Made by a program: the position numbers and the translations under genes. A stretch of DNA of 62,888 bases, counting the filler, from a bacterium (GTDB taxonomy: Bacteria; UBP15; UBA6099; JAJRTR01): NCBI GenBank assembly GCA_024278215.1. It is 5 parts of 5 records of this genome, joined end to end, with 100 filler letters (N's around TTAATTAATTAA, not from the genome) between each part and the next. Parts side by side here need not be neighbours in the genome. Positions count along the whole stretch, not along the records: positions 59,560 to 62,888 come from JAJRTR010000047.1; 4 more parts are not named here. One strand, given 5' to 3'. The notes below the pieces were generated by a model, which saw only the letters and a program-made list of their open reading frames with translations, was not told the origin of the DNA and searched no databases. Below, piece by piece: positions 62,436 to 62,888 of this stretch; position 1 is the first letter of the stretch, and every line of letters begins with the position of its first letter.

Positions 62436-62716
62436 CGAAAAACTTCTCCCTGTCTCAACGTGTGTTACGTTCGGCAGCGTTGGCGACTGTCATGTTCTTA
62501 TTGTCGATACCCTTCATGGGCATATACCGAATTCATGATAACCATGAATTCGGACTTGACAGGCCGAAAAACGGGTTCCTGTGAACAGTTACCATTCACT
62601 ATTATTATCTATATATATTCAGATGATTCAAGCCGTTGCAAGTGTATGGGGCAGAAGCATCGGCGAAAAAGCAACTGTTGCTGTTTATCAGGGATTATCA
62701 CGGTTATAAAAAGTCC

Positions 62717-62888
62717 CTAATCGAAAGAGAAAGAAAGGTAACGATTCCCGAGCCATGGGACAGGTATGTTTTGTTTGTCGCGAACATAATCCATGATAAG
62801 CGGGTTGAATGCTTTTTTGTCAAAACATACTTCTACTTCCTTTTTTCCGATTTTAACAGTTGCGGGAATGTCGATGAAGTTTCTGAAA
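62717..62888 (-). mobile_element. C-terminal end of a probable IS transposase (cut by window edge)
   Basis: FRNFIDIPATVKIGKKEVEVCFDKKAFNPLI...IPVPWLGNRYLSFSFD* matches, from memory, the F..RA.NP....PWLG tail of a family of large DDE transposases. Confidence 0.5.

Overview
This window is not one continuous locus. It is five assembly contigs (1-22952, 23053-39516, 39617-50401, 50502-59459, 59560-62888) joined by artificial 100-nt N/TTAATTAATTAA/N linkers. The source is a moderately GC-rich bacterium, probably a diderm with an SLH-anchored envelope and probably a MAG. Contig 1 is accessory and signalling DNA: a giant Cys-rich repeat surface protein, an MBL hydrolase, a GH38 mannosidase, an RcnA-like exporter with NodI/NodJ-like ABC genes, a FapA/DUF342 fusion, a XhoI/PaeR7I-type R-M pair, a diguanylate cyclase, a Wza-like protein, a MerR/RacA-like protein and the 3' half of cmk. 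Contig 2 is the core tuf-rpmG-tRNA-Trp-secE-nusG-rplKAJL-rpoBC-rpsLG-fusA-tuf cluster. Contig 3 carries a His-less sensor kinase, a REP/MITE nest, an exbB-exbD-tolA-like-cohesin-SLH (Omp-alpha-like) envelope operon, hisC and the 5' half of cmk. Contigs 4-5 carry a corrinoid protein, a SWIM-SNF2 helicase, a small coiled-coil/winged-helix protein, a PKD lipoprotein, a degenerate HprK-like kinase, thpR, a RelA/SpoT homologue with a dead synthetase, and a transposase end. The most notable items are a HIRAN-like domain inserted in RNA polymerase beta-prime, the motor-cohesin-SLH envelope operon, and an unannotated ~150-nt promoter/18-aa peptide/pseudoknot/terminator unit beside the metal-efflux operon. 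All family assignments come from motif recognition by eye; no searches were run.
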